Positions 17,241 to 25,322 of a DNA stretch of 32,000 nucleotides are shown piece after piece. Source of the DNA: Candidatus Saccharibacteria bacterium oral taxon 488 (GTDB lineage: Bacteria > Patescibacteriota > Saccharimonadia > Saccharimonadales > Saccharimonadaceae); assembly GCA_010202845.1 (NCBI GenBank), contig CP047921.1, forward strand, positions 720,001-752,000. The letters run 5' to 3'. The number at the start of each line of letters is the position of its first letter. The stretch's first letter is position 1. Both the position numbers and the translations under genes were made by a program. The notes under the pieces are model-generated. The model did no database searches. It was given only the letters and a program-made list of their open reading frames with translations, and had not been told where the DNA came from.

Positions 17241-17849
17241 TTATAATTCAACATCCGGCAAGTCCTTCAACTTCTTGCCGTCAAAGCAAAAATACGCTGC
17301 ACCCTGATAGGCACCGCTATTGTTGGCTTGATTTTTATCTTCGAAGATCTTTCGCACTAGCGGCGACAGTAGCCACCGCTGTCCGCCATACTCAACTTCA
17401 CGTTCGCCGACAACTTTAGCGACAATCGTCTGGTCTTTGCTAAAGACAATTTTATCGCCGTTTTTGAGGCCTTTTCGATAAAAGCTAAACTTTTGATTAC
17501 TGTTCTTGGCTTTGGTGATTTTATCAAATTCCGCTTCTTTATTTTTCTGCTCCGGAAAGATCACCTCACCCTCAAACGACAGCAGCAGTTGTCGCACCAA
17601 ATCATAATCAAGCGCGAAAAGCTCGCTACTACCGACTCGATGCTTGGCAAATATTTCGTGCAGTAATGTTTCCTTTTCGGAGTAGTCAGCCACCTCGATC
17701 GCGAACAACCGCTTCAAACCAACCACATTGTAGTAGCCGTTCGCCTCGAGAAAACGCATCCGCTCTGGGTATTGCTTGGTTTGCGCCTTGCCGATTTTGA
17801 TAAGGCCTGACACTGCGGTGGTCATGACGTAGATGATGCCTTTGCTCAT
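17241..17849 (-). CDS. GIY-YIG / T5orf172-family nuclease-like protein with a C-terminal extension
   Basis: The N terminus GIIYVMTT...GLIKIGKAQ...ERMRFL...EKETLLHEIFAKHRVGSSELFAL matches the T5orf172/GIY-YIG-like pattern. AAGGAGGA Shine-Dalgarno. The C-terminal ~90 aa is unassigned. Confidence 0.7.
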   Translation of the reverse strand: MSKGIIYVMTTAVSGLIKIGKAQTKQYPERMRFLEANGYYNVVGLKRLFAIEVADYSEKETLLHEIFAKHRVGSSELFALDYDLVRQLLLSFEGEVIFPEQKNKEAEFDKITKAKNSNQKFSFYRKGLKNGDKIVFSKDQTIVAKVVGEREVEYGGQRWLLSPLVRKIFEDKNQANNSGAYQGAAYFCFDGKKLKDLPDVEL

Positions 17850-18019
17850 TATAATTCCTCCTTATAACTAATATTCTACACTACTTTCACAGAACCTAGC
17901 TTGTTGAAGAATCACTATTTATAACCTGAGAGGCCTCCAGCCGGTCTCTCAGTTGAAAATATTGGCTGGCAGACACTTTGACCGGGTCGTCTGAAGTATC
18001 AATCACAGTTTACTCTGCA

Positions 18020-18142
18020 TTTTCTCAACGTAACCGTATCAGCTACCCGCGCCTCACGAGTGGTGTTGAGGTTGGTAATAATGTAGCCGGGTAGCAGTGT
18101 TTCCTTTCCGGAATATTCAGTCGCCCCAATCGCTTCATGCAT
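18020..18142 (-). pseudogene. lepA: decayed copy of the lepA N-half 3' end (junction remnant N'3)
   Basis: It translates to MHEAIGATEYSGKETLLPGYIITNLNTTREARVADTVTLRK, then unrelated CRVNCD*. By hand alignment, 54 of 69 nt are identical to lepA 19807-19875. Similarity stops at the same Lys codons as in the real gene. Confidence 0.8.
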
Positions 18143-18192
18143 AATGTTGTAGCATTTTATTTTATAAATAATGGCAACTCATTCTTAACTCA

Positions 18193-18870
18193 CTATGCTT
18201 TCGGCAAAAAACCGCGCGCCACGAGCGCCTGCCAAGCCGTGTCTGCCGAGAGAGATGACGGCTGAGGCGTTGAAAATCCCTTATCGGGATAGATCTTTAT
18301 CCGCTCGTAATCACCCAGCATCAACGTCAACATCATGACGGCACTGCCATAGGTTACCTCATATAAGCGATAATATGCCTCTAATGTTGTCGGCTGACTA
18401 GTTACATACAGTCGCGGCCGCGGGTGCGGCCACTGAGCCTCGGCGGTTGCCAAAAATCGACGCGTCATATACGGTTTATGAATTAAAATGATATCCTCAG
18501 CCTGGATCGCCGCCCCCGCCAGCAGCTGAGCCGAACGGATGATGTTTTCACCGGTATTAGCAGCTTGGTGCTCAAACAGAATCGCCGAGTCGGGCACCGC
18601 CAAGCATTGGAGCTGTCGTCCTAGCAGTGTCGCTTCGGTTTCCGTGGCCCTATGATAGGGATTAGCAAATCCTGACACCACAATCCATGAACTAATGCCC
18701 GCATGATACAGCTCGGCTGCTCGCTCGGCGCTATCGACCATAGCTCCCGCGCCACCGATCACGATAGCATCCGCCCGCACCGGTAGCCGACTCTCAACAC
18801 AAAGATATTCCCATAGCACATGAAGATGGTGCCAGTCTTGATCAGTGAGAGCTAGCTGACTACGCGACAT
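18193..18870 (-). CDS. YdcF/DUF218 (ElyC/SanA/YdcF) family protein
   Basis: 225 aa with AIVIGGAG...VVSGF...EATLLGRQL...ANTGENI, characteristic of the DUF218 family. The start overlaps the tail of remnant N'2. Confidence 0.75.
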   Translation of the reverse strand: MSRSQLALTDQDWHHLHVLWEYLCVESRLPVRADAIVIGGAGAMVDSAERAAELYHAGISSWIVVSGFANPYHRATETEATLLGRQLQCLAVPDSAILFEHQAANTGENIIRSAQLLAGAAIQAEDIILIHKPYMTRRFLATAEAQWPHPRPRLYVTSQPTTLEAYYRLYEVTYGSAVMMLTLMLGDYERIKIYPDKGFSTPQPSSLSADTAWQALVARGFLPKA

Positions 18871-18886
18871 GTGTTAGCTCTCGGTG

Positions 18887-18995
18887 TTTTTTCAATGTCG
18901 CTGTATCGCCCACCCGCACTTCACAGTTGATGACGATGTGGCCAATTTCACCGGTGTCCAGCGATGGGCTAGGATCATACCCTGACTGAGATTGA
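18887..18995 (-). pseudogene. lepA: decayed copy of the lepA N-half 3' end (junction remnant N'2)
   Basis: It lies inside the 78-aa ORF 18860-19096: ...[32 protein letters not shown], then unrelated HRELTHVA*. Hand alignment to lepA 19808-19905 gives a 37-nt block with 6 mismatches, a 12-nt gap and a 49-nt block with 6 mismatches. Confidence 0.85.
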
Positions 18996-19145
18996 TTATG
19001 ACACCGCTGCCAAAACTCCGGTACCACAAACGTGACCGACGACGCTGCGAAAGCAACTGCCAAATGCGTGTTGTATTCTCTGAAGAAGGATGTCATTCAT
19101 TCAGTATAGCATCTTACAAAGATGGAGTGACATCCACAGGGTTAC

Positions 19146-19784
19146 TTACGTTTCAACTTCCTTACGAGATATCCACACGACCATCATAATAGACCAGCCA
19201 AATAGTGACACTTCCGACACCACTGTCAATGGCACCGAGACTTCGCCCGCATAGTATGTGCCGACGACCTTTAGCAATGCAACACATACGCTTATTAGGA
19301 TAATCAGCCGAGATTTCGTAATAATTGCTACCGCAATAACACATGCAGACAATGCCAGCGCCATCCAATGTAGTCCCGCAAACAGTTGACTCGCCGATAA
19401 TACACTTGTTGCTGAGTCAATCGGCAATCCATTCACCGGATAAACGAGTCGGCCAAGCGCCATCATTGCGTAAAATGCGCCAATTGCCACAACAATACCT
19501 AGAGCAAGAACTACACCCATGCTAACAGGGTGGCGCCTCCTGAGATTACCGTACAATACCACAACAACGGCTAGCAACATTGACGACCCACATGCTAGCA
19601 TCTCATCTGCTATCTGAAAAGTAGTCTGGTGCTGTTGCACCCACGCCATCACACCCGAAATGTCTGCTGAAGGTATCGGCAGTGACATTGCAATACTAAT
19701 GCAGGCCGCGGCAAGCAAACCAAAACCCATCAACCATACGATACTACCAATATACGAAATACGCCGACTGCCTTGCTTCACCAC
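19146..19784 (-). CDS. hypothetical integral membrane protein (about 6 TM helices)
   Basis: 212 aa and strongly hydrophobic. GTG start with AAGGAG 7 nt upstream; that RBS lies in the last codons of the lepA N half. Confidence 0.6.
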   Translation of the reverse strand: MVKQGSRRISYIGSIVWLMGFGLLAAACISIAMSLPIPSADISGVMAWVQQHQTTFQIADEMLACGSSMLLAVVVVLYGNLRRRHPVSMGVVLALGIVVAIGAFYAMMALGRLVYPVNGLPIDSATSVLSASQLFAGLHWMALALSACVIAVAIITKSRLIILISVCVALLKVVGTYYAGEVSVPLTVVSEVSLFGWSIMMVVWISRKEVET

Positions 19785-19788
19785 TATC

Positions 19789-20865
19789 TCACTCCTTTGT
19801 CATATACTTTTTCAACGTCACCGTATCACCCACCCGTGCTTCACGCGTAGTCTTCAAGTTGGTGACGATGTAGCCAATTTCACCGGTATCCAGCGATGAG
19901 TCAGGGATCATGCCAGGACTAAGATGGCCAACTTCTAGTGCCAGCCCGTTAGCGCCAGTCGCCATCATATGAATTGCTTCACCTTTTTTGATTTGGCCGT
20001 CAACCACCCGCACATACAAAATCACCCCGCGGTAATCGTCATAATAACTATCAAAAATCAGTGCCCGCGTCGGGTCGTCCGGCTGGCCAGTTGGCGCTGG
20101 AATTCGCTCAACAATCGCCGCTAAAACTTGGTCAACATTCTGCCCAGTTTTGGCAGAAATATGAATAATGTCGCTTTCATCGCAGCCCAGCAAATTAATC
20201 ACCTGTTTGGACACCCGTGGCACATCAGCGGCCGGCAAATCAACCTTGTTCAGCACCGGAATGATCGTCAAATCCTGCTCCATCGCCAGGTATACATTCG
20301 CCAGCGTCTGCGCCTGAATGCCTTGGCTGGCGTCAACCACCAATACCGCGCCCTCGCAGGCCTGCAAACTACGCGACACCTCATAACTAAAGTCAACGTG
20401 ACCAGGCGTGTCGATGAGATTGAGATCGTAGACAGTTGGCTGAGCCAACCCATTCACACCGACATCTGCACAAACCCGAGAGTCAGACTGCGCTAAGCGG
20501 GTGGCAGTCGATGGGGTAGCGCCCGCTTCTGAAGAAATCTCTGATTTTTCAGAAGAAGGGGCGGATCGACTGGCAGGACCCGCGTCTAGCGACCGACGTG
20601 AAGACTCTGCAAGAGTCTTCGACGATGGGAGCGGTGATGCGCCGCTCACCTCCACCTCCTGATATTCATATTTCATCCGCACTGGCGCGAGCTTAATGGT
20701 GATCCCCTTCTCGCGCTCCAAATCCATACTATCCAGCAGCTGCGACTTCATCTCGCGCTTCTCCACCGTCCCCGTCATCTCCATCATCCGGTCCGCCAGC
20801 GTCGATTTACCGTGATCAATGTGAGCGATGATACAAAAATTACGAATACTGGTCAGCGGTTTCAT
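19789..20865 (-). CDS. lepA: elongation factor 4 (LepA), N-terminal half (G domain + domain II) as a separate ORF, with a ~72-aa low-complexity insertion
   Basis: [15 protein letters not shown] (G1), GITIK (G2), DTPGHVDF (G3) and NKVDL (G4). It is colinear with E. coli LepA up to ...VGDTLTL, then reads KKYMTKE*. The start overlaps the murJ stop (TGATG). Confidence 0.92.
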   Translation of the reverse strand: MKPLTSIRNFCIIAHIDHGKSTLADRMMEMTGTVEKREMKSQLLDSMDLEREKGITIKLAPVRMKYEYQEVEVSGASPLPSSKTLAESSRRSLDAGPASRSAPSSEKSEISSEAGATPSTATRLAQSDSRVCADVGVNGLAQPTVYDLNLIDTPGHVDFSYEVSRSLQACEGAVLVVDASQGIQAQTLANVYLAMEQDLTIIPVLNKVDLPAADVPRVSKQVINLLGCDESDIIHISAKTGQNVDQVLAAIVERIPAPTGQPDDPTRALIFDSYYDDYRGVILYVRVVDGQIKKGEAIHMMATGANGLALEVGHLSPGMIPDSSLDTGEIGYIVTNLKTTREARVGDTVTLKKYMTKE

Positions 20866-22526
20866 CAGCGCCTCAACTTGCTCATATCAAATCGCGAAAA
20901 CAGCAGACGTTTAATTCGCACCAAAACCGGGTCGATTTCTGGTAGCCTTAGCCACTTGGACAGCGCACCATACACGACAAAATTGAAAATCGTAATTGCC
21001 CCAAACTTGGGTAGCGCCCCCAAAAAACTGTCATCCGACGCCCGGAACGGAATTACCAACACGCTGACGTAGCACGCCACCGCAAGCGGCACCGCGGCTA
21101 ACGCCATCTTGGCGACCGCTTTGACAAATGTCGCATCAAACAGCTGTGGCATGCGCCGACCTAAAATAACGCATAAAATCACCACCTCGACAAAAGCCAC
21201 GATCGACTGTGCCCAGGCCAGACCATACGGGCCAAGTTTCGCGTAGTAGCCGAGTATCACCGCCAGCGCCACATTCAACACAATCGCAAAAATCGACACA
21301 TACATCGGCGTCTTGGTGTCCTGCTGCGCATAAAATCCGCGCGCCACCATGTGATACACCGTCCTGAATAAAATCGCCATCACCAGACAACCGAGAATGT
21401 TCGCCATGACCGGATCGCCATTATTATTGATAAAGTGTACTATGTAGCCGCGGGCGAAAAATGTCACCACACAGATCGGGATAATCATCCAGATTACCGT
21501 CCTGAGAAATGACCGCAGGTCTCTGCGAAATAGATCCGGCCGCTCTGAGGCGAGGCGTTCAGTTAGCTGCGGAAAGGCAGCATTAGAAATAGCGACGCCG
21601 ATGAGATTGATCGGCATCATGTGAAGCGTCAATGCTTGGTTATAGCGACGAATGACACCGTCCCCCATCCGCGACGCCAAGTTGACTTCGGCCAGGCTAA
21701 CCACATAATCCATCCCCTGATCAATTGAGCGGGCTGGTAGCAGCGACAAGACTTTGCGAAAGCCATGGTTACGCCAATAAATCTTGAAATCATAATCAAA
21801 ACCGAGGCCGATCAATCCAACCGCACTGACGATGAGCTGCAGCACCGACCCGAGCACCACGCCGAGCGCCACGCCCATAATGCCGCCATCAAAGATCTGC
21901 CAGCCGAACAGGTTGATGCCATTGGTAAACCACAACGTACCGATGATAATCCCGACATTGTACAGCATCGGCGCCAGCGCATAGAAGGTGAAGCGACCGA
22001 CCGCTTGCTGGATGCTGGCGATCACCGCCGCCACCGCAAAGATCAGCGGATTTACGGCGATCACCCGCATCATACTGACCGCCAATGCGTGACCAGCCTC
22101 GCTCAGCCCCGGCGCGATCAGATATTTCATTAGCGGATCAGCAAAGACGATGATCAGAACGCTCGTTACCAGCGTCACCAATGCCATGAGATTAATCATG
22201 CTCGAGCTAATTTGCCAGGCTGATTGCTTATTACCCTTGACCCACCGCTCATTAAATACCGGGATGAAGGTAACGCTCAGTGCCCCCGACACTAGAATCG
22301 CAAACATAAAATCCGGCACCATGAACGCCGCCGTATAGGCATCCAGCCCGACTGGATAGCCAGCCAAGTGAGCCTTCTCGTTGGGAAAATATGCCGCATT
22401 CAAAAAGCGATCGCGCAGCAGCCCCAGCAAGCTTGACAGCAACATCGAGCTCGCTAAAATCGTGGCAGCTAACTTGACTGTCAGCCGCTGATTGATCTTG
22501 TTGACAACATTACGAACGCGCCCCAT
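20865..22526 (-). CDS. murJ: lipid II flippase MurJ (MviN family)
   Basis: 553-aa polytopic membrane protein with a MurJ-type N terminus ([19 protein letters not shown]) and the length and topology of the MOP flippase family. Confidence 0.85.
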   Translation of the reverse strand: MGRVRNVVNKINQRLTVKLAATILASSMLLSSLLGLLRDRFLNAAYFPNEKAHLAGYPVGLDAYTAAFMVPDFMFAILVSGALSVTFIPVFNERWVKGNKQSAWQISSSMINLMALVTLVTSVLIIVFADPLMKYLIAPGLSEAGHALAVSMMRVIAVNPLIFAVAAVIASIQQAVGRFTFYALAPMLYNVGIIIGTLWFTNGINLFGWQIFDGGIMGVALGVVLGSVLQLIVSAVGLIGLGFDYDFKIYWRNHGFRKVLSLLPARSIDQGMDYVVSLAEVNLASRMGDGVIRRYNQALTLHMMPINLIGVAISNAAFPQLTERLASERPDLFRRDLRSFLRTVIWMIIPICVVTFFARGYIVHFINNNGDPVMANILGCLVMAILFRTVYHMVARGFYAQQDTKTPMYVSIFAIVLNVALAVILGYYAKLGPYGLAWAQSIVAFVEVVILCVILGRRMPQLFDATFVKAVAKMALAAVPLAVACYVSVLVIPFRASDDSFLGALPKFGAITIFNFVVYGALSKWLRLPEIDPVLVRIKRLLFSRFDMSKLRR

Positions 22527-22532
22527 ACCAAT

Positions 22533-24401
22533 TTATGCGTGCAGTTTTGCTTCCTTTGGCAGTTTCGTCCCCGAAAGAATCTCGTCCACCGCCGCTTCTT
22601 CTAATGTCTCATCTTTGAGCAGCGCCTCAGCCAATTTATCGAGGAACGGACGATTGGCTTTGAGTACCAGCATTGCCCGCTGCTTAGCCTCGGTGATCAG
22701 CTGCGACACTTCCTGATCGATCAGCTTAGCAGTTTCATCCGAGTACGGCCGCTCGCGGGTCATCTTGTCAAACATCAGCCCGCCGTTGTCTTCGTGGAAT
22801 ACTTGATCGCGTAGGCTCTGACCCATACCTTGCTCAATCACCATATCGCGGGCAATCTCAGTGGCTTTACGCAGGTCTGAGCCAGCACCCGTAGTAATGC
22901 CGTCATCGCCGTAGATAATCTGCTCGGCAATTCGACCGCCCATCGCCCGAGCCAAAATATCTTTGAACTCGTAGACGTTGGTGTAGCTCTTGTCCTCTGG
23001 CGGTAGGAACCAGGTTACACCGCCGGTACCGCCGCGCGGAATAATTGTTACCTTGTGAACTGGATCAGAATCCGGCAAGACATGGCCGACGATGGCGTGG
23101 CCTGCCTCGTGGTAAGCTGTCAATTCCTTCTCGTGGTCGTTCATTACCTTGGCCTTGCGCTCCGGTCCGATCGCTACCCGCTCAAATGCCTCGGTCAGTT
23201 CATCGTTGGTAATTTTCTTTTTATTGCGACGTGCGGCGATAATTGCTGCTTCATTAGCGATATTGGCGAGATCCGCTCCCGATGAGCCAGCCGTCTTGGC
23301 GGCCAATTTATCCAGGTCAACCGTCTCGTCAGTTGGCTTTTTCTTGAAATGAACCTTAAGAATTGCCTCGCGGTCTTTGCGCTCCGGCAGGGTAATCGTC
23401 ACTCGCCGGTCAAATCGCCCCGGGCGCAGCAACGCAGGATCCAGCACATCCGCCCGGTTCGTCGCCGCCAAAACAATCACATTAGTGTCGCCATCAAACC
23501 CGTCCATTTCCACCAGGATCTGGTTCAAGGTCTGCTCGCGCTCGTCGTGACCGCCACCCATGCCCGAGCCACGTTTGCGGCCCACCGCGTCAATCTCGTC
23601 GATGAAAATGATACACGGCGCATTTTTCTTGGCCTTTGAAAAGAGATCACGCACCCGGCTGGCCCCAACACCGACAAACATCTCCACAAACTCCGAGCCA
23701 GAAATTGAGAAGAACGGCACGCCCGCCTCGCCAGCCACCGCCCGGGCCAGCATGGTTTTACCAGTACCCGGATTACCGACCAGCAAGACACCCTTCGGAA
23801 TCTTAGCACCCAGCTCCTTGTATTTTTTCGGGTGCTTCAAGAAATCGACGACTTCTTGCAGGTCCTGCTTAGCATTATCATTGCCGGCAATATCCTCAAA
23901 CAGCACCTTTTCCTTGTCCTCACCATACAGCCGCGCTTTTGACTTACCAAAGCCCATCGCTTGATTGTTCTGTCCCTGAGCCTGACGCATCATGAACATG
24001 AAAAAGATCACGATGATCACTACCGGTACGATCATCACCGTCAGATTCCACAGTACCTCACCGGTTTGCGATGGCGGCAGAACGTTAATTTCGACCTTGG
24101 CGTCCTTGTTCAAACCTTGCTCATAAATCGTACTACCGGATTCCTTGACTGATTTCTCGGTCGGCTGTTTTTGACCCTTGGGGGTAATTTTCAAATCATT
24201 ACCCTGGATATCAATCTTGGCAATCTCCCCGGCATTTGCCCGTCGCACTACGTCGGTCAATGCCACATTCTTCAAGTTGCTATTTGGCGACAGCGCCGCA
24301 TACACTGCCAGCCCAAGAAACACAATGATTGCCCAAAACAGTCCCAGCCGAGCAACCTGCCCGACCCCTTTCTTAGTATTCTTTGGCGTCTTTCCTGCCA
24401 T
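22533..24401 (-). CDS. ftsH: ATP-dependent zinc metalloprotease FtsH
   Basis: Two N-terminal TM helices, Walker A GNPGTGKT, second region of homology [20 protein letters not shown], and zinc motif HEAGHAIV. Confidence 0.98.
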   Translation of the reverse strand: MAGKTPKNTKKGVGQVARLGLFWAIIVFLGLAVYAALSPNSNLKNVALTDVVRRANAGEIAKIDIQGNDLKITPKGQKQPTEKSVKESGSTIYEQGLNKDAKVEINVLPPSQTGEVLWNLTVMIVPVVIIVIFFMFMMRQAQGQNNQAMGFGKSKARLYGEDKEKVLFEDIAGNDNAKQDLQEVVDFLKHPKKYKELGAKIPKGVLLVGNPGTGKTMLARAVAGEAGVPFFSISGSEFVEMFVGVGASRVRDLFSKAKKNAPCIIFIDEIDAVGRKRGSGMGGGHDEREQTLNQILVEMDGFDGDTNVIVLAATNRADVLDPALLRPGRFDRRVTITLPERKDREAILKVHFKKKPTDETVDLDKLAAKTAGSSGADLANIANEAAIIAARRNKKKITNDELTEAFERVAIGPERKAKVMNDHEKELTAYHEAGHAIVGHVLPDSDPVHKVTIIPRGGTGGVTWFLPPEDKSYTNVYEFKDILARAMGGRIAEQIIYGDDGITTGAGSDLRKATEIARDMVIEQGMGQSLRDQVFHEDNGGLMFDKMTRERPYSDETAKLIDQEVSQLITEAKQRAMLVLKANRPFLDKLAEALLKDETLEEAAVDEILSGTKLPKEAKLHA

Positions 24402-24428
24402 ACGTCACATAATCCTTTCTCTTTCGTC

Positions 24429-25274
24429 CTAGCGAGTCACTCGTTTTATTGTAACACTTTTTACGGACAATTTCACCCGCACGCTGGCGGCTGGCTGCCA
24501 CACCGTTCCTGCTCGACCAGTTTTGATGGCGATCAGTAGTCGATCCAGCTGTGCTGAGAGTAGCGACACGCCAGTCAGTCGCTGCACTTCTCGGTGGAGC
24601 AGCTCGCGCGCCGGCTCGATCGGGATATGTGTCCAAAAATAACGGCTACTGAGGCGTGGTGACAACTGCATTATTTCTTGGTCAATCTCTTGGCGCAGCC
24701 GCCATTGCTGACGCCATAACCGACCAAGCGCCGCCCGTTGCTGATCAGTCAACCTTGCCTGTAGCTGTCGGCGCAGCTGATTACGCAGATAAGCATTTGA
24801 CTGATTCGTCGCATCCTCCACCCACTCCAGCCGGTGGCGCAGCGCATAATCATATATGTCTTGCTTTGTCCATTCCAATAGCGGCCGCTCAATCCGCTGA
24901 TCGCCCATAGCCGCCAAGCCCCGCCAGCGCGTACCGCGCCGCAGGTTGAGCGCTATCGTCTCAATCACGTCATCCTGGTGATGGGCCGTCGTCACGCACC
25001 CACCCCACCGTGCCGCCACGTCAAAGAGAAATTGATACCGCCGCTGGCGCGCCGTATCCTCACTGGCTGCCGGCCCCAATTCCTCACGCTTCGCAAAATA
25101 CGGCACCTTATACCGGCAGGCAAGCCCCGCCACAAACCGCGCATCCGCCGCCGATTCTGCCCGAATGCCATGATCAAAGTGAGCCACCGCCACCTCGTCC
25201 TGGCCATGCCGTAATACGCTGTCGAGGAGCACCACGCTGTCCACCCCACCCGATACCGCAATCAGTCGCTTCAT
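24429..25274 (-). CDS. tilS: tRNA(Ile)-lysidine synthetase TilS (short form)
   Basis: PP-loop LIAVSGGVDSVVLLD and the TilS N-terminal domain layout. Start is set at ATG 25274 because TGTCATAAT lies 6 nt upstream. The GTG 25292 alternative would overlap that box. Confidence 0.85.
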   Translation of the reverse strand: MKRLIAVSGGVDSVVLLDSVLRHGQDEVAVAHFDHGIRAESAADARFVAGLACRYKVPYFAKREELGPAASEDTARQRRYQFLFDVAARWGGCVTTAHHQDDVIETIALNLRRGTRWRGLAAMGDQRIERPLLEWTKQDIYDYALRHRLEWVEDATNQSNAYLRNQLRRQLQARLTDQQRAALGRLWRQQWRLRQEIDQEIMQLSPRLSSRYFWTHIPIEPARELLHREVQRLTGVSLLSAQLDRLLIAIKTGRAGTVWQPAASVRVKLSVKSVTIKRVTR

Positions 25275-25280
25275 GAGGAT

Positions 25281-25289
25281 ATTATGACA
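25281..25289 (-). promoter_or_regulatory. extended -10 box TGTCATAAT, 6 nt upstream of tilS ATG (leaderless)
   Basis: The minus strand reads TGTCATAAT-ATCCTC-ATG(25274). Confidence 0.5.
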
Positions 25290-25306
25290 CACACTGCGGG
25301 GTTACG

Positions 25307-25315
25307 TGATACAAT
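25307..25315 (+). promoter_or_regulatory. extended -10 box TGATACAAT, 7 nt upstream of the SGNH hydrolase ATG (leaderless)
   Basis: The plus strand reads TGATACAAT-ACTCACT-ATG(25323). It is divergent from the tilS promoter 18 nt away. Confidence 0.5.
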
Positions 25316-25322
25316 ACTCACT

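Larger units (their letters stand above)
8367..19788 (-). mobile_element. composite 11.4-kb accessory island inserted in lepA (four modules delimited by lepA junction remnants)
   Basis: It is bounded by the two colinear halves of lepA and contains three decayed lepA junction fragments. Its central part is visibly AT-richer than the flanks. All ten genes lie on the lepA strand. No recombinase was recognised. Confidence 0.8.

Noticed and set aside
18860-19096. 78-aa ORF treated as a real gene.
   Set aside because: Its C-terminal half is a decayed copy of lepA codons ([23 protein letters not shown]) followed by unrelated residues. It is better explained as junction remnant N'2 than as a functional protein.
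8367-19788. Prophage or integrative conjugative element as the identity of the island.
   Set aside because: By eye there are no capsid, terminase, portal, tail, integrase, relaxase or type IV secretion genes. The internal lepA remnants point instead to piecemeal accretion of small cargo modules.
7404-20865. Intein or programmed frameshift as the explanation for the two lepA pieces or for the G-domain insertion.
   Set aside because: The halves are 11.4 kb apart, with ten independent genes between them. Neither the junction nor the 72-aa insertion shows intein splice motifs (N-terminal Cys/Ser block, C-terminal His-Asn).
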